64,000 nt of DNA. Source: Ophelia neglecta (Eukaryota). Shown piece after piece: positions 1 to 13,900 of the stretch (the first letter of the stretch is position 1; the number at the start of each line of letters is the position of its first letter). Made by a program: the position numbers and the translations under genes. The stretch lies in the NCBI GenBank assembly GCA_965285935.1, contig OZ260666.1:43152001-43216000 (forward strand), read 5' to 3'. Below the pieces are notes generated by a model. The model had not been told where the DNA came from. It did no database searches and was given only the letters and a program-made list of their open reading frames with translations.

Positions 1-1004
1 TTATGTTAATAGTTTTATTAGTTAGCGGTTCATCGCATAATTTGTAATATGTGTATTATTAATGGTTTATGTCTAGTTTAAGTGTTGTACAATCTCGGGT
101 ATGTTGTGTGGTTTTCTTCATATGTATGATAGGTTACACTATACTGTTATATGTTTGTACAAGTACATGCTATGCTCTACTTTATATGTTACATGTTTAA
201 AGAAATAATATAAAAGATGGCTTGCAGCAAGCCTAACTCCAGAGAGTGGTTAATTGAAGATAGATGTTGGTAGGATGTATGTATGTAGAGCTGGTTGCTT
301 TTCTTTGGCCGCTATCTTGGAGTGTTGATGTGTACTTAGCCTGGGAGTGTGCCCAGTGTTAGAGTTGGGCCAGTTTATATTAGTGTGTGTCCACCTGGAG
401 CTGATTAGGAGTGGGCCAGGTAGGCTAGCTACAGCATTGCTGGCATGGGAGGAATGTGAAAAATCAACCCTGGAATTACATGGAAAAAAACTAGAGTATG
501 TGTGAGTTTGGCACTGAGAGTTTGTAAATAAAAATAGCTAGGTTAGCACACAGCTTGTGTCAGCTCTGAATACGCCTGGTGAAGTCATGCTGAATTACTT
601 ACTGGCTTCTTTAGGCCGCCTTTCTCTGGCTTAACAATTCAGATTCCTGGTTTTATCCTTTTTCAATAAGATGTGATAAGATGAAGTGTATGCTATGATG
701 TATGGTTTAGTATGGTATGAGTCAGTAAGCAGACCCCTTGTTGATGGTCTCCATCCTCCCACTCACCTGGAGAATACCAACATCATGTATCATGACAGTC
801 ACCCTCTCTCACCAGGGGCTCACATAACACACTGTACAGCACAGGTCAACATCACAATAACCTGGTACTAATATATGAATGTACACAGGGCTTGTTTTAA
901 TGTGCCATGTCTTGAAATTACAATACATGTATTGAAATTGAGTGGTAAAGGTATGTATGGTAACAACTGTTAAGAATTGGTAGCTTTATCCCCCTTCCCC
1001 CTCT

Positions 1005-1425
1005 TCTAACTCCTGGGAGCTAGTGATAGGGTTATGGTAGACCCCTTTCCCCTCATTTAACCTCTGGGAGCCAGTGATATGGTAATCACTGGACCCCAAA
1101 CCATACCCCCATTCTCCCATCCTAGTGACTCCCGGAGCCAGTGATAGGGTAATCATAGACCCCAATCTTGTTACTCCTAGAAGCCAGTGATGGGGCAATG
1201 GTAGACCACCTCCCATGCCCCTACCCCCTGGTAACTTGTGGGATCAGGTGAGAGGGTAATTATAGACCCCCCTGGTCACTCTTGAGAGCTGGTGATATGG
1301 TTATTGTAATCCCCCCCCCCCCCTCCTCCTCCCCAGGTAACCCCTAGGAGCCAATGATATGGCAATTGCAGACCCCCCTCCCTTTCCCCTGGTAACTCCT
1401 GAGAGCCAGTGACTAGGTTATCGTA
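1005..1425. repeat. Degenerate ~55-60 bp tandem repeat
   Basis: Recurrent actcctgggagccagtgatagggt..tagacccc, about 7 copies. Confidence 0.75.
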
Positions 1426-1741
1426 GAATTGGAGTGTTATTGAGTCTCAGTGGGTAGAAGTATAAACCGCAGGTTGGTGACTCTTGAGGTGTTACATCCT
1501 GGCAGGGCACACATATCTCTGACCAGCTTATATCTACATGGTCCTTACACCTACACAGATCACTATAGTTCCTCTGTGATCAGGGCTATTTCCTGTTTGT
1601 TTACTGTAAAGAGTCACAGTTAATCTAAAATATACACACACAAATACATCAAAATCTTCAGACTTTCGCTCAAGGCTAGCAGTGCAGCTGTAGGATATTT
1701 TATAACTCCCAGGTTCGAACAGTTGCTGCTTGAACTGAAAT

Positions 1742-1754
1742 ATGGTTCTTGCTG
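1742..1754 (+). CDS. Candidate alternative initiating exon of tensin (MVLA-G)
   Basis: aatATGG context, in-frame TGA at 1736-1738, consensus donor CTG|GTGAGT in phase 1, matching the acceptor at 1881. Confidence 0.5.
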
Positions 1755-1880
1755 GTGAGTTCTGGCAAAAATATCAGGATTATGTACAAACTATGTACAC
1801 GTATTTATAACAGTGACTAACAGTCCATACCAACTGTATCTGATGACGCCGCTTGACTGGTATATGTTTATTATTTTCAG

Positions 1881-1997
1881 GACATGATTTACTTCGCGAC
1901 CAGACATTGCCAATAGAGTCATCTCTAGATCCGTTAGAACGATGGGACTCCTACGAGAACTTTAACAATCTAACGGAGGACAGTTTTGATGGCACAG
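1881..1997 (+). CDS. TNS: Tensin exon ([12 protein letters not shown] motif)
   Basis: ttttcag| ... |gtaagt; motif conserved in tensins just after the C2 domain. Confidence 0.9.
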
Positions 1998-4900
1998 GTA
2001 AGTCCCCGCTGGCTCTGACGCTTGTAACTACCACTACTAGCTTGTCTGCTTACAACGGGCGGGTAGCTTGAGCTAAATATCATTATTTAACACTGGTGAG
2101 TCTTCATATAACACTACTGTTCTGCATTGCCTGTATATTCATTAGATGACTGAGATTGTTGAAGCATGGTTAGTTACATGTATAACTGGTGTGGAACTAC
2201 ACATGGCTCAGTGCTGCCAACTCTCCCATTGTCTCATTCTTTTTTCGCAGAATTTAGCATTTTGCCATAGCACATTAATCTGGTAGATTTCTTGAATGTT
2301 TCTAATGGGTTGAGTTGGTTCCCGGGAAAAGTTGGCAGCTCTGGGCTGGCCAGCTGTTGTCACGGTAATGGTGTGTACATGGTAACGGTGCTGTTTGTTC
2401 CAGAGAGCGGTGACGGAGATTTAGGCACGTCAGACACAGACCGTGTTAGGCACGTCAAGCACACGGAGGGACCCGTAGATGGAAGTCTATATGCCACAGT
2501 AACAAAAGGCGCCCAACCAGCAAGTGGGATCAGACACGAGAGCCAATCACATCTAAAATCCTCGTCAGTGGGCGTGGCCAATGGGCCTGGGAATTTACAC
2601 AACGGCCCGCTGACTCACAGCGCAGACAGCGGTATATCATCTACTCAGTCTCAAGGTTGGGGCAGCAGCATCGCACTTACCATACTACACAGTCCCTTCC
2701 ACTACTACTATTACTTACCCTCCCCATCACTGCGTCATGCTCTGTACTCACGTCTGCTATTTGGTCATGTACATGTTTGCCTGTGTAGGAATGGGGAAAT
2801 AGAAAATCACTTTTATAGGCATTAAATCTTCTTGGTATTATTCTTTAGGCTGCTAAATGCTCTTTAAGCAACTTTTCTATGTCAGTGATCTGTAGAGCCA
2901 AAATAATTTAATTGAGGATAAGTTACAAGCATGCATAACTGTAAATAAAAGCATGATTAAATGACAGATGTGCAGAGATTTTTATCTAAAAATATGTTTG
3001 TTTTTTCAGGATATACAGGCAGTGCAAATGTAACATCAAATGTAACATCACAGAGTTACGCGACAAAAAAAGACAACAAGATGATGGCCACGACATTGAA
3101 TCAGTCTTCCATGGAAGAACACACCCAGCTGGATGAGATCCTTAATGAGTTGCTAGGAGACCAGATGTTCATGAACAGCTCATCGTCTCCCACCAAGGAC
3201 CTCGTCCCAGTCCACACGTTACCAAGCCATGGAAGTCTGACCACGAGTGATGGCGCCTCGCGCACCGTCGTCTCCTGGCAGTCCAGTCAAGCCGGCCCCA
3301 CCAAGTCTGTCACCGTCACCAAGGAAACCGTCTCCAAGTCACCTAGGGTGCACTCAGAGACCAAGGTCACCAAGTCGGAGGAGGTGAGCTCCTACTCCGC
3401 CCCCAAACCAGACGGGTATAGCACCTGGGGCACGGTACAGGAGAAACGTGTGGAGAGCAAAACAGAAAGGCGTGCACGGGAACAAGTGTCTGGGGAGAGG
3501 ATCACCTCGCCCCATGACAGACTGACCTACGAGTCCAGGCCTCCGGAGTACAACGGTGTGTCCTCTTACCGAGGCTACGCCTCAGACTCTGAGGAACAGC
3601 TCTCCTGGCTACAGCAGCAGCAGGCCAAACTAGAGGCCAAACGTGATGAACGCTCGTTTCACCACCGCTCAGACAGTGAGAAGAAACTGGTGGCCGAGCT
3701 GAGGAATGCTCAGAACAGTTTCTCACGTAAACGGGCACAGAGCGACGCCGAGGAGGACACAATCATGCGGGAGTATGCCCGGCAGGACAGGTCTGCCTAC
3801 ATGAACGGCCCCAGCTCCCCGCCTACCACCTACCGTAGTGAGATCAGCTCACCCTCGCCTGACCGGCATCAAGAATTAGCCAGACAAAGGTTTTGGACCA
3901 CCTCGCCCTCCCCCACACCAGAGCCTATACGCAAGACTGAGTCTCGCTACAAGGAAGATGGCAAGACGGAGAAAAGTTTCTATGTGTCAGGATTAGAGCG
4001 ACCACCGTTCACCACCCAGCAGACCAAATATACTTTCTCAGTGTCACCACCTGTCACCTCCAAACCTCCACCCAGTCCAGGACCATACCGCTCGGCGCCC
4101 AGCTCCCCCATAGTACCCCAGCGTGGCACGGCCAGCCGCGAGGCTGTCATACGCTCACGCTCCGCCACAAGAGAAACCAACGGTAGGCCACTCACCAGGC
4201 AGCGCTCGGACACCACGTTTGACCGGGAACGACCTGAAATTGCCCCACCTTCACCCCCTCTCTCTCCCACCCTTATCCAACCTACCCATGTCTCTCCCTA
4301 CCATACCTCTCCCCACCATGTTCCTTACTCCAGTTACACTGAGCCCACTACCCACAGAACACAGCCCCTCAGAGAAAAAGTCAGCCAGCCTCCCCACAAA
4401 GAACCCTCCCCAACCAATAGCATCGTAGAGGAGCCTGTCGTCAAGAAAGTGGCCATAAAAAAGGCCTCAGGTAAACTTCACTTTGGATTTCCAAATTCAT
4501 CATTATAACAACAACTTTGCACTTCGACCAATTTGTTTACCTATTTTATAGTTGGAACAAATTGTATATATTACAGGATACACTTTGTATCTAATATTCA
4601 GTTCAGTAATTTGACATTTACCATATTTGCAAATTAATTAATGTAGCCATCATTCACTTTGTGCAATATAGAGTTTTCAGCAGATGGTCCTCACATACAA
4701 GTAGTATGTTGGAGATATATGTGCCGCCCATTTAGTGCACTACTTACAAGTTTGCTGGAAAGTCTATAAAGTTAACAATGTGATATGCAAATCCAGAAGT
4801 AACCTATATCAAATTGCTTAACAGATGCTTTCATGATATAACTATTAGTTAGCCTTAAATAGAACACAAGTAGTTGCAAGGCTGAACCTTCCAACTTGGT

Positions 4901-7900
4901 TTTGGCCTAGAAAAGACATAATAGTCTAGGTAGATTGTCCAAGCGTATTACAACTATTAGAACCTGAAACTATGTAACTTTATATGTGAATAGCAAGTGG
5001 TAGAATTGATATTGTTAGCAGATCTGAGCAAGTTGGAGATGATCCTGAAGAGCTTCATATTGGGCTTATTCCTGCTGTATATTTTACCTCTGCCTTCGAC
5101 TGACTGTCTGTTAACCCTTAGGCTATTTAACCCTGTAGCTCTCGAGTCCAGGTACCTTACCCCCACTTGGTAGGTGTGGGTAGGAGAGGGTCAATCTCGG
5201 ACATTCTGTGACTGGCTGTCCAGCCGTGGTGTTTGTTTTATTATTTTTGTTTATTTCTAAGTTTAGATGAATTACACCCTCATCAAGACTTTGTTATCAG
5301 TTTACACCTAAGGTACTGTCATCTAATTTATTTACTGTAGTATGACTTTTACAAATTTCCTTTTAATTGACTTAATCAGAATTACAGTTTAATTATTTTG
5401 TATGGTCTCTCAATTCCAGACATATGTATTTATCAGTTTTTGTAAAAGAAAATATTAAGCTCCTCAGATTCTGATTTATTCAGTATACTTTTAATACAGA
5501 TGTATTGATTTATCCACTTTTTCCCACTTTTCCATGCTATTTACTAGAATTTAGCTAATTTCACCAATATGTCGCCTGTTTGTTTATTTCATGCTTCTAG
5601 ACATTTTATGCGAAGCTGAACATTTAGCAGTTGCTAGTGTACAAGGCAGTTAGTTTTTACAAGAAGCTAAAATGTTATGCTTCAGTGAAAATATTCCCAC
5701 AGATTTTTTCAAAATAATGATCTCTGTAATCAGGGTATGGACCTCGACCAGACGACATTGAGAAAAGCCTACGAACAAGTGCAAACTCTGGCTTTGACAG
5801 CTTCGGAGAATCCAGTTTTGAATCTCGGCAAAGCTATGAAGTCAAGCAGCATGTATGTATAATCAATACACTGATCTGGCCTGGTATTGTCACTACATGT
5901 ATGTGACTCACATCTCATAGCCTCATTGTTTTCTAATTAAATGAAGGCTCACAACATTGTTTAATTGATGTCATGAATTAATGATTTTTGTTCATAAAGT
6001 ATTCCACAGATTTAAGATGGCGATGGTTACTTAGCAGGTAGTAGTATTCAGAGTGTAGTAGTATACAGAGCCCCTGTGTTATTCTCCTGCCTATGATCAC
6101 TGTCTTTGATAAGCTGGTTTTTTGGTTGTCCAGGTGGAGCAGGTCCAGCAGGGGCCGCCCCCGGAGGAGATCATTGAAGAGGAGGTGATCTCTCTCCAGC
6201 CCATTGGGCCCGGCATGCAGGTCCTGGAGCCCCCCGACGCCGGCATGGGCACGCTACGCAGCCCGACGCCCACCGGCACCCTACGCAGCGCCACACCCTC
6301 CTTCCCTGTTCAAGGTAGGTCCTGATTAATTCCAGTCCTATTATATGTCAGGGAGAAGGCTGTCAAAACCTAATAAAAGGCAATAGTAGAGGTGTATATT
6401 TATATACAGGACTATCTGAAACATCTCTAGTCTTCATCATTTAGCCTACATAGTCCAAATGATTACATGTACTGTTAGTGAAGCTGAGAGAAGTAGTAAG
6501 GTAGTAGTATGTCTAAACTATGATAATGTAGACAGAACAAGAGCAGGTGTAGCTGTAGAAGTCTGTAGTGATTTCCAGCATTATAGCTAGTAGAGTCTGG
6601 TATAGTATGTATTGTTGACTGTTTTAGTAATACATTATAGATAATATAATGTGGAGATTAGAATGCACTTTACCAACCAGGTGTGAACCATAAGGTTATC
6701 AATGTCACAGCCCTGTGAGAGCTGGTCTTGATCATGTCAACAGTGTGGCATGAACCTCTAATCAGGGGCAAAGTAGGGTCTCACTGAATGAACAGCCACA
6801 TAAACATCAAAAACAGGCTGTCAATATAACTACGTAGGGCAGGCCACACAGGGCACGCCACCGTGTACCGTGTACCATGCTGTAATAGTCACTGCTACTA
6901 CAGTGAATTTTATATCAAATCAAAGTTTTTGGTTTGGAAACATCTGTGCAGTAACTGCAACAATTTGTTCACAAGCTGTCATTGAGGAAGGACCTTGGCT
7001 GAAAGAGGAAATCATAAGCAAGGAAGAAGGTACTCCCTGAGAAAACTCCACCCTTACAAAACCTAGCTTCTAGTCATAATTATGTCACATTGTTAATTCT
7101 TGAACCACCACTATTGTTATAAGTGTGGCACAAAACGCTAAGCATTCTCTGGGTCCAAGTCCCCAGAACATCACCTGCATGACAAGGGGTAGTGGCGTAC
7201 ATGCATGGAGTCCTCCTCTATGTGTTTCCTACTAACGTGTTGTTCATTTTCATAATTATACTTATCAGTTTAGCTTCAAATAAATGTGTTACAGTTTCAT
7301 TAGTTGAGTTTACACTGATATTTTAGTTAAGTTATATTGAGTGTTATCACCACTAGTTTACAGGTTATATTATACCAGTGATGTGTACACCAAAGGATAC
7401 CAGCCAGGCCAAAAACTAATTGTGGTCACCCCACTATCAGCATGCAATCAAAATGATAATTACATTTTCTAATGGAAAAAAATTGTATTTTTTTATTTTG
7501 CAAGTCACACATTCATTGATGAGTACTGGACTCTACCTAAACTATAAGCGTTATAAAGATTTTCCCAGTGAATAAATAAATCACAAATTTTTGACACAAA
7601 CGAATTTGATTTTCTTGAGAAGTTTGGGGTACCTTTCATAATTACCTACGGACATGTTTTTCAAGCAAACCATGTCATGGTATTATAGTATCATAGTATA
7701 TGATGCTTCAAATATTATTATGGGTCTACATAGACTTCTGGTTTGAGGTTTCAAAAGTTATGAATCCCGTATAGCCGAACATGCATACATGTTAGAGTCA
7801 AGCCAGCGCTGATCCCCTTGGTGTACACACCCCTGAATTAACAGTACTGAACTGTTCACTACACATCTAACTGATTTGGTGGTGTTTAAGAGACTAGTTT

Positions 7901-10900
7901 TTAGGTTTTCAAGTTTTCTAGCTATACAGTTGAACCCCTCATGAGAGACCACTAAATAATGGTCTCGTATCAGGGGTTTAAATACAGGAAAGGTACAGCA
8001 AACTGTTTTGTCAAAAGAGTCATTTTAGCCAATTGTGGGTGGTCTTACATCAGGGGTTCCACTGTATAAACATTCATTTGACAAAGACACAAGAGTTATT
8101 GTTGAAAAATTTACTGACTCTAAAACACCACCAAACACAAGTTTGAAAAAAATCTTGATGATATAGTTTGGTTATTTCAATGCTCATTGTTTTCTTTTAC
8201 TACGTATAGTTTTGGTGACCCCACCTTTTCCCACCAGTAACACCTTGTCCCCACGGACTCCATATGACAACAGAGGTATGCATGCTTAGCTCCACCTTTA
8301 CTGTATCTTGTCTTATTACACAGATTAGTGCACCATAGGTTATAGGCTTTCCCAAGTATGTGTATCTCAAATACATGGTATGGTCCCCTCCAGGGATCAT
8401 TTCATGTATGCCTGTATCAGTAACTAAGTTTGTTCCTCTACTACATGTAGATTATCCACTATATTTATATGAGGCCTTATGTTTTTGTTAATTGGTATAC
8501 TGGACTATGGTTGATAAGATGTAAAATAAATAATACAAAACAAGTGACTTTTATTGCAGGGGGGGAGGGGGGGGGTTAACATGTAGGCATGAATTATATT
8601 CCTACAGCAGAAAAATAAGGTAGACAATGTCTGTATTTAAAGTTTACTTGTCTGTTCACCTAATAGTGGGTGGTCTCCTTATGCAAGTAATAAAAACACA
8701 GGGCCTAAGTGCATCTTGTAGGAACTGAGTAAGAGCATATATACTAGTCTTATAGAAATAATATTATTAAGTAGGGAGCATATTTGAAAACTCTGATCTT
8801 GCTTTTAGAGTAAAATATAATGCTTGAGGTTGATATGAGTGTAGTTAGATGTTAAATTATCTGATAGATTTTTAAATATGATAGTGGCCTTGAATTATGG
8901 TGCAATGATGACTTATTAAACTGGTCTATATGGTCTGTGAATCTGGACCATCACACTCTGGCTCTGGTGTATGGCTCAATGCTCTAGGCTCTGGTTAAAC
9001 ATCAATACTGATCAATACTGATGGCACTGGTGTATACAATTTTAATACATTTCTTTAATCCAATACTTATTGAGGATTATTAGCTATTGGGCCACATCAG
9101 AATGAGCCAGGGTGTGATGCAAGTCATGTAGCATGTTTCTGCCAGGTTGCCTGACTTTTCCTCCCCCTCACACAGCCTTCCCTCGGCAAAGCTCTGCCAC
9201 CCTGCCCGCTCGACACGCGCCAACCATGACCAGCACCCCTGTCACCCACAAGGTGTCGCCTGCAGCCCGGCCCACCGCCGAGGGTCGCAGAGACGTGGAG
9301 GCCCTCATTGAGGCCCAGATGGTAGACGGTGTCAGTGCCACCACTCGCCATCAAGGTGCAGCTCACAACTACTATGATCCCACCTACGCTACCATAGGCG
9401 GTGATGGGGGTAGGTCTCGCGCTGCGTGGGATCCCACCACTGTGTTTACGTACCCCTCGCATGATACAGGTTTGCTTTGGTTTAATTTGCTTGGTATGCT
9501 GTGAGTTGCCTAGCAGACTCACTGGCATGTTCCTCTCTAGGATCTAGGATTGGTGTTAATATGGGTCTGAACAGACCCATAAAATGTCAATTAATTAGTG
9601 CAATATTAATTTTAGTGGTGAACACAATCTATGCTTAAATCATCTTACTACTATGCTTCATTCCTTGTACTACTATGCACAACAGTGCTGTCTCCTCCAT
9701 TTTTGATTCCTCTTTTAATCTGTGCTGTCAAGCCCTAGTGATATATATTCATCTGTAGTACTTAACTCTTTTGTTTTTGTCTGAGACTCACTATACATAT
9801 ATACAACATGAATCATTCTACGACTGTGTTCTCACGCCACATCCATACATGGTTCAACATGACTCTAACTTAGTTAAATTTACTTTCTTCATTTTATTTA
9901 ATGATATTATCATTTCATGTGTAAAAATGAATGTGATGTGGTGGGCCCAGTTGTAAAAAATGTGCTGAGCTGTTGTGATTGACTAAAATCTTGTAAAAAG
10001 AATTTAACATACTTGACATTACTAGATTTGAAATATGTGTAATGACCTTTTAATTGGGTAAAAATGTATAACAGCAATCTAGACCTAACAGTGGCATTAG
10101 ATGTAGTACTAACCGAAAAAATAATGTGTTGTTTACACAAGCCGCTGCAAGATTGTCTAGGACTTACTGCTAGTATGAGATGAGTTTAACTGACAAAAGG
10201 ATCAGTTGTACAATGTAGGTTAAGTTTCCCAATTAAACGCCATAAGTATAATTAGGCTAGACATATCATTTGGGAGTCCTACTCTCGATGTTCACTTTGT
10301 CTGCATTCTGAAAAAATAAAACAAGAGCTCATTTGAACTGAGGTGGGTAGACCAGGAACTAAAGTGTTTTTTATAGGCCATTTAGCAAAATAAATAAATG
10401 TAAAAAGGAAAATGTAATGTTTTAGAATCTTTCAATTTGGAGGTGTTTAACACATTTTGTGTTTTCTTTCAGTGCCCATGGGAAGTACCCAGCAGACTGT
10501 ACATCAGACTCGTTCAGTGCAACAGCAGCAATACCACCACCAGCAACATGGCGTGATGCAGGCCTCGCCAGGGGTAAGTTACTGTGTGTTCTAATTCAAC
10601 ATGGCTTGCTGCAGGCCTCGCCAGGGGTAACTTACTGTGTTCTTAGTCATGCCTAAACAAGGAATAGGTAAGTTACTGTGTGTTCTGAGTCAGGCCTACA
10701 CAGGGAAGGGGTTAGTTACTGTGTGTTCTAAGTCAGGCCTACACAGGGAAGGGGTAAGTTTCTGAAAGCTTAAATGTAGACCTCACTGGGGATGAGGGTA
10801 AGTTACTGTGTGCTCTAAGTAAGGCCTCACTGGGGATAAGGGTAAGATACTATCTGCTCTATGTAACTGTACTACAAATTGACTTAGGTGTTAAATATAA

Positions 10901-13900
10901 AGTTTTTGATCGTGCATAAAAACAAGGCATGTTTATTTTGCTGTTGGCCAGCTCTGTGCAGGGTACCTACAGGTTGTTTTCTTTGACTTTCAGATGATAC
11001 AGCCCCAGCCCGGCATGATGGTACAGGGCTCTCCCATCCCCCCAGCCTACAACACCCTCAACTCACAGCACGGCATCATGGCACCATCTAACGGCACCAT
11101 GATGTCTGTGGGAAGCGGCTTCCAAGGAACTGGCACCATGCAGTCCCATGGCACAGGCAGCCAACATCTGCATGGAAATGGCACCCTACAGTCGCACGGA
11201 ACTGGCACCCTACAGTCACACGGAACTGGCACCCTACAGTCATATGGAACTGGCACCCTTCAGTCACAGGGCACAGGCACTATGATGTCACAGGATGGGC
11301 AGTCTAACATGGCCCAGCAAGGCTTCAATGTACAGTCACGGGATGTACAGAGAGAAACCACCACCTCTCCCAGGCCTGGAGGGTCAGTTATTGCAAATAA
11401 TACTACTAACATTACAGGCCAACATATATGTTTAACTCTTGGGAAGTTACCGTGTGACTCCTTTTATAGTTTTGATTAAAATAATATTTTTCATAATAAT
11501 CCTAAATTGAGCTTCTTTCTGTTAAAGGCCATTTGATATTGACAATTGCTGAAGGTATGAAAATATGATGTGACATGGGAATTTGGAGTGACCGTTATGT
11601 TAGATGTGTATATTTTAATTGTAGGTATGCTGTGAAAGAGATGACAACTCAGCGTGAGTATGGCGTCCCTCACCAGGGAGTAGGACAAGGCTACAGCGTC
11701 CAACAGAACACCTCAGAACGCTCCATGTCTAACACGCCACACGCCCAGCAGGTAGGCACTAGTACACATACCATGGCTCTCACTAAATCATCTAGTAATC
11801 TTAACAATGTGGGGTTTGATTTAATCATAAAACATCTGTCAGTATAAGCTGAAGTATTATCCTCACTACTAAATGTGTTAAGCTGTTAAAGGAACCCAAA
11901 AATATACAATGGTGAAATTAGTAACTAGCGGGGGTTTTCATGTGTGAAGGTTGGACAAAGCCTCCTTCTCTGTTTAGTTGTAATAGATATACAGTCACTT
12001 TACTTCTCCTTTTCTGCCCTTTCCAGCAGGCTTATTCACAGCAGCAAGTAGTACAGCAAAGTTACTCCAGCAGTCAGCAGGGGGCGCCTCAGTCATTCCC
12101 ACACCAGAACCTTGCTCAACAACAGGCGCTTCAGGCTTCGCAGGCCCACCACCAGCAGCACTCCTACCAGGTAGGTCATAGCAGTCAAACATAGCAGTCT
12201 TCTCAGGACATATATAACAAACTACAAAGCTATGTCAAACATGGCACCAATTGATGTACCTTTAGTACCTCTAAGTGATATAGCTAGAAATATATAGACC
12301 AAAACCTAGCCTGATATAAATTAGATTTACAATGCCAACTAAGGAAAGGTACAGAAAATATTGAAACTTTTTTAAACTACCTTATTTTAGATGAACCAGC
12401 AAGGTCAGGCGATGCAGAACGGTAACCTCTCTGTGGATACGTCAGCCAGGGGTCTGTCAGCGGGCATGCCAAGAAGCCCGTCCTCTGGAGGGAGGTAAGG
12501 CCCCACATGAAAACAACCTACTAGCACTCTGGCACTGCGGTATTTTACCTACTACTTGTAAAGCATGAAAAGGATAGCACACTTCTTAATACACAACTGG
12601 GACAGGGGTATTTTACTTACTACTTATAAAGACAGGGAAGCTCTCGTGGAGATGATAATGCACTACTTAACACATGGGCTCTGGAAAACTCTAATTGTTG
12701 AGTTGGTCAAACACTACAAAACACATCAGGGTCTAAGACAAGAATGCTTACTCAGCAGGATTGCGTTCTGTCTATGTTTGTTCCACAGGGTTTCATTCAT
12801 GCTTTTAATAGATATACTCTTGCTTTTGTATACCATCCACACTGACTGACTAAAATTTAAAATAGCTTGAACTTGAATGAATGTACAGCTTTATCTGCCA
12901 GAAGATCCTTGGTATGTACATGTACGTACATGTAAATGTACATGCCCAATAAGATGTATGACACAATATCAAGCAACAGAAGACAAAGTACCTGTTTCAA
13001 TGTATTGTTTGTAATTTTCAGTACCCACAGTCCCCAGTCTCCAGGAGGTTACCAGATGGGTCGCCAGACCCACACCGCCCAGACAGGTTCCTCCTCCATG
13101 ACAGGACAGAGCTCACCCAGCATCTATTTCGGACAGTCACGCGGTGGCAGTCAGAACTCCCTCAATGGTAAGTTTGCCATATATACTACTTCCTTTTACT
13201 ACTTCACTGAAACCAGAACACTCTCAGTGGTGACCTGTCATAGATACTACCTCAATATAGGAGGGAGACAGCCATGAATACTACTATAATGTAGTAATAT
13301 ACTACCCTGTTAAACATTTAACTTGGAATAGCCTGTTTTAGCCTTATCAGCTGGCAGTAAGGGTATCAGCTCTTTAAAGGAGAGCAACAACAAAAAACCA
13401 GGATGTCAAACTTTTGGAAGTATTTCCCTGATTATAATTGTATTATTACAGGGTTCAAAATTAAGGCTAGCAAACTGGCAAAATGCTAGTATATTTGACA
13501 TATTTGCCAATGAAATATATAGTAACTAGGAGGCAGTTGCTAGCTGGAAAGTTCTGTGTAAACATTGTTTTTGATGGCTCATTTTTTGTGCCTGCTTATT
13601 TTGCTTTATACTGCATAAAACCTTTGCCGTCATTTACCATTCAGTCTACAGCGTTAAAAATTGTTTAATGAAATTAACTACTGCTTGATATATTACACAT
13701 CATTTCAATGATTCCATGTGTGAGCAGATTATGAGCAGTGAGCTAGTAGAAAAAATTATAACAAGCTGAGTTTTGCTAGTGATCCAGTAAAGTAATTCTT
13801 TAACTCTTACATTAAGCTAATAAAACAAATATGCATCACTGCATATTTATTTTTCAAACTTTCCATTGGATTTTTTTATTAACAAAACCTGAGAAAGACT

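Noticed and set aside
686-871. Possible upstream tensin exon
   Set aside because: It has no tensin motif, and its best donor (cag|gtcaac) is phase 0, incompatible with the phase-1 acceptor at 1881.
3502-4428. Alternative-frame and antisense ORFs over the large tensin exon
   Set aside because: These are shadow ORFs of a GC-rich coding exon.
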